A DNA stretch of 37,286 nt from an uncultured bacterium. Lineage in GTDB: Bacteria > Lernaellota > Lernaellaia > Lernaellales > Lernaellaceae. Shown here piece by piece: positions 35,554-37,286 of the stretch. Numbering within the stretch: the stretch's first letter is position 1; the number at the start of each line of letters is the position of its first letter. The notes beneath the pieces were generated by a model that was given only the letters and a program-made list of their open reading frames with translations, had not been told where the DNA came from and ran no database searches. The position numbers were made by a program, and so were the translations under genes. The DNA lies in the NCBI GenBank assembly GCA_964534375.1, contig CAZHPN010000040.1, positions 1-37,286 on the forward strand, given 5' to 3'.

Positions 35554-37286
35554 TCAGGCCTTCTTGATCCCCCACGATCGCATGCGGAAAGGGGTAAAAA
35601 CGCGGTCCGTAGGAGCGACGGATTCTTCGAGCGTATTCACCTCGCCGTCGCAGACGAAGCCCGCGGCGAGGCGCAAATCCAGTTCGCCGCGCGCGCCGCA
35701 GGCCTCGGCGACCCGCAGCACGCGGCCGGCGCCGTTTTCGGCGCGCTTGAAGGCGAGGGCGCGGAGGGAGAGGCCGTCCCACGCGATGGGCCGCCAACTC
35801 GCGTCGCCGCCGCGGCAGGCGATGGCCCGTGCGGCGCCGGCGAGGCCGTCGATCTCGCCCAATACTTCGTCCGACCACCAACGGCCGTCGTGCGGTAGAA
35901 TCGAGTAAGTGAAAGTTTGGCGACCTTCGTCCGCGAACGGATCGGGGAAGGTCGGCCCGCGGACGAGGCTGATCGTTAGCACGTTGCCTTTCGCGGAATG
36001 GCCGTATTTGCCGTCGTTCGCCAGGACCGCGCCGAAGCCGGCCTCGGAGAGATCGACAAAGCGGTGCGCGGCGCTCTCGAACTGCGCGCGCTGCCAACTC
36101 GTGTTTTCATCGACGGGCCGGCGCGTCACGCCCAGGGCCTGGTCGAAGGTCGCGTAGTCGGCAAGCACGGCAAATGGAAAAAGGGCGCGCAGATACGTGC
36201 GGCGGTCGCCGAGTTCGATCGTCGTGTGGATATCGAGCCGGGCGGAGTCGGCCCAAAGGCGATAGCGCTGGGTCAGCCGGCTCTTTTCGCCGAAGCGTCG
36301 CTTGACGACGATCTCGGCGCGGTGCGGCCCGCGTTCGGTGAGTTCCATGGATTCGAGATCGACGATTTCGGCGCCGCCGAGATCGAAATTCGCTTCGATA
36401 TCCCACGCGTCGTACAAACGCGTGCGGTCTTTGTAGGCCCAAATCTGGTTGCCGGGGCCCGCGAGCGTTTCGCGCTTGCGGCGCTTATCCCAAATCGAAG
36501 CGATCCGCCCCAAGTCGTCGAACCGAACCGTAACGAGATCGTTTTCGAGCCGCCGCGCAGCGGCCGAAAGCGGCGCCGGCGCGGGCGGGCGCGCAACAAA
36601 ACGCGCTTCGAGGGGCCGCAGACCCAGCGGCGACGACAGCACCCAGCCGCCATCGGCCGCGGGCTGGGCGGCGAGGGCGGTTGCGGATTCCGCGTCGGTC
36701 GCTTTCAGCGACAGCTTGAGATTCGGCGCGGCGGAGCCGGCCGTTTCCACGGCAAAGACGCCCGGAGTCGCGCCCGGGGCCACGCGCGCGGCGAGGTCGC
36801 GAAGCGCCTGATCGCAGCCCGCGTCGGCGGCGGCGAGCACGTCGCTAAGCTCTTGCTCGGCCTCGATGTAGACCTCGCGAATTGACGAGCCGGGCAGGGC
36901 GTCGTGGAATTGGCTTCGCAGCAGCGTTCGCCATTCCGGCCCGTAGTCGCGGCCGTCGCTGCCGCCGGCCATCCAGCACAGCCCTTCGAGCAGTTCCGCG
37001 GCGGCGAGGGCGGCCTGGCCGCGGCGCATGAGGGCTTTGGTGCGGCCCTGCGTGGTGAGGGTCGCGCGGTGGCATTCGAGATACATCTCGCCGCGCCAGA
37101 CGGGCAAGATTTTGTCTTTGGTTTCTTCGCGCAGCCGATCGAAGAAGCCTTCGACCGAGGACAACTCGACCGCGGGCACAACCGGCAGGCGGTTCATCGC
37201 CTCGACGCGTTCGACCTGCTCGGGCGTCGGTCCGCCGCCGCCGTCGCCGAAGCCGTAGGAGACGATCGATTCGTCGTGGATATCCT
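35554..37286 (-). CDS. GH38 alpha-mannosidase (partial, 5' end outside the window)
   Basis: The frame is open to the window edge: YGFGDGGGGPT, W.GEMYLECHRATLTTQ, QFHDALPGSSI, AWDI and NDGKYGH motifs. Confidence 0.93.
   Translation of the reverse strand, partial: DIHDESIVSYGFGDGGGGPTPEQVERVEAMNRLPVVPAVELSSVEGFFDRLREETKDKILPVWRGEMYLECHRATLTTQGRTKALMRRGQAALAAAELLEGLCWMAGGSDGRDYGPEWRTLLRSQFHDALPGSSIREVYIEAEQELSDVLAAADAGCDQALRDLAARVAPGATPGVFAVETAGSAAPNLKLSLKATDAESATALAAQPAADGGWVLSSPLGLRPLEARFVARPPAPAPLSAAARRLENDLVTVRFDDLGRIASIWDKRRKRETLAGPGNQIWAYKDRTRLYDAWDIEANFDLGGAEIVDLESMELTERGPHRAEIVVKRRFGEKSRLTQRYRLWADSARLDIHTTIELGDRRTYLRALFPFAVLADYATFDQALGVTRRPVDENTSWQRAQFESAAHRFVDLSEAGFGAVLANDGKYGHSAKGNVLTISLVRGPTFPDPFADEGRQTFTYSILPHDGRWWSDEVLGEIDGLAGAARAIACRGGDASWRPIAWDGLSLRALAFKRAENGAGRVLRVAEACGARGELDLRLAAGFVCDGEVNTLEESVAPTDRVFTPFRMRSWGIKKA

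Overview
GC-rich bacterial chromosomal region, probably from a myxobacteria-like or former Deltaproteobacteria lineage (inferred from gene content only). It is dominated by secreted and lipid-anchored surface proteins that share long Asp-rich (DDDASP-type) linkers. These include a GH92 mannosidase, an SMP-30/gluconolactonase, an arylsulfotransferase, two 7-repeat beta-propellers, a double-DUF1566 protein and several unknowns. Also present are a Ser/Thr kinase-PEGA-FGE fusion, three tandem stand-alone HHxxxDG condensation-type acyltransferases, an FtsX/MacB-type permease, a small inserted cassette (HEPN-MNT toxin-antitoxin pair plus an internally deleted AlbA_2 gene), a YVTN/phosphoesterase, a CocE hydrolase, a TetR/methyltransferase divergon and a partial GH38 mannosidase. 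Three signals stand out. (1) Two proteins end in an Asp-rich linker followed by GCGC-stop, a candidate undescribed C-terminal Cys anchoring/sorting signal that mirrors the N-terminal lipobox plus Asp linker of their neighbours. (2) Two near-identical sigma54 promoter/IHF/tandem-enhancer architectures occur, one of them in front of a 57-codon ORF missing from the ORF track. (3) A synonymous-only duplicate of the permease 5' end, next to heptamer repeats, flanks the inserted DNA. All family calls come from motif recognition by eye, not from database searches.
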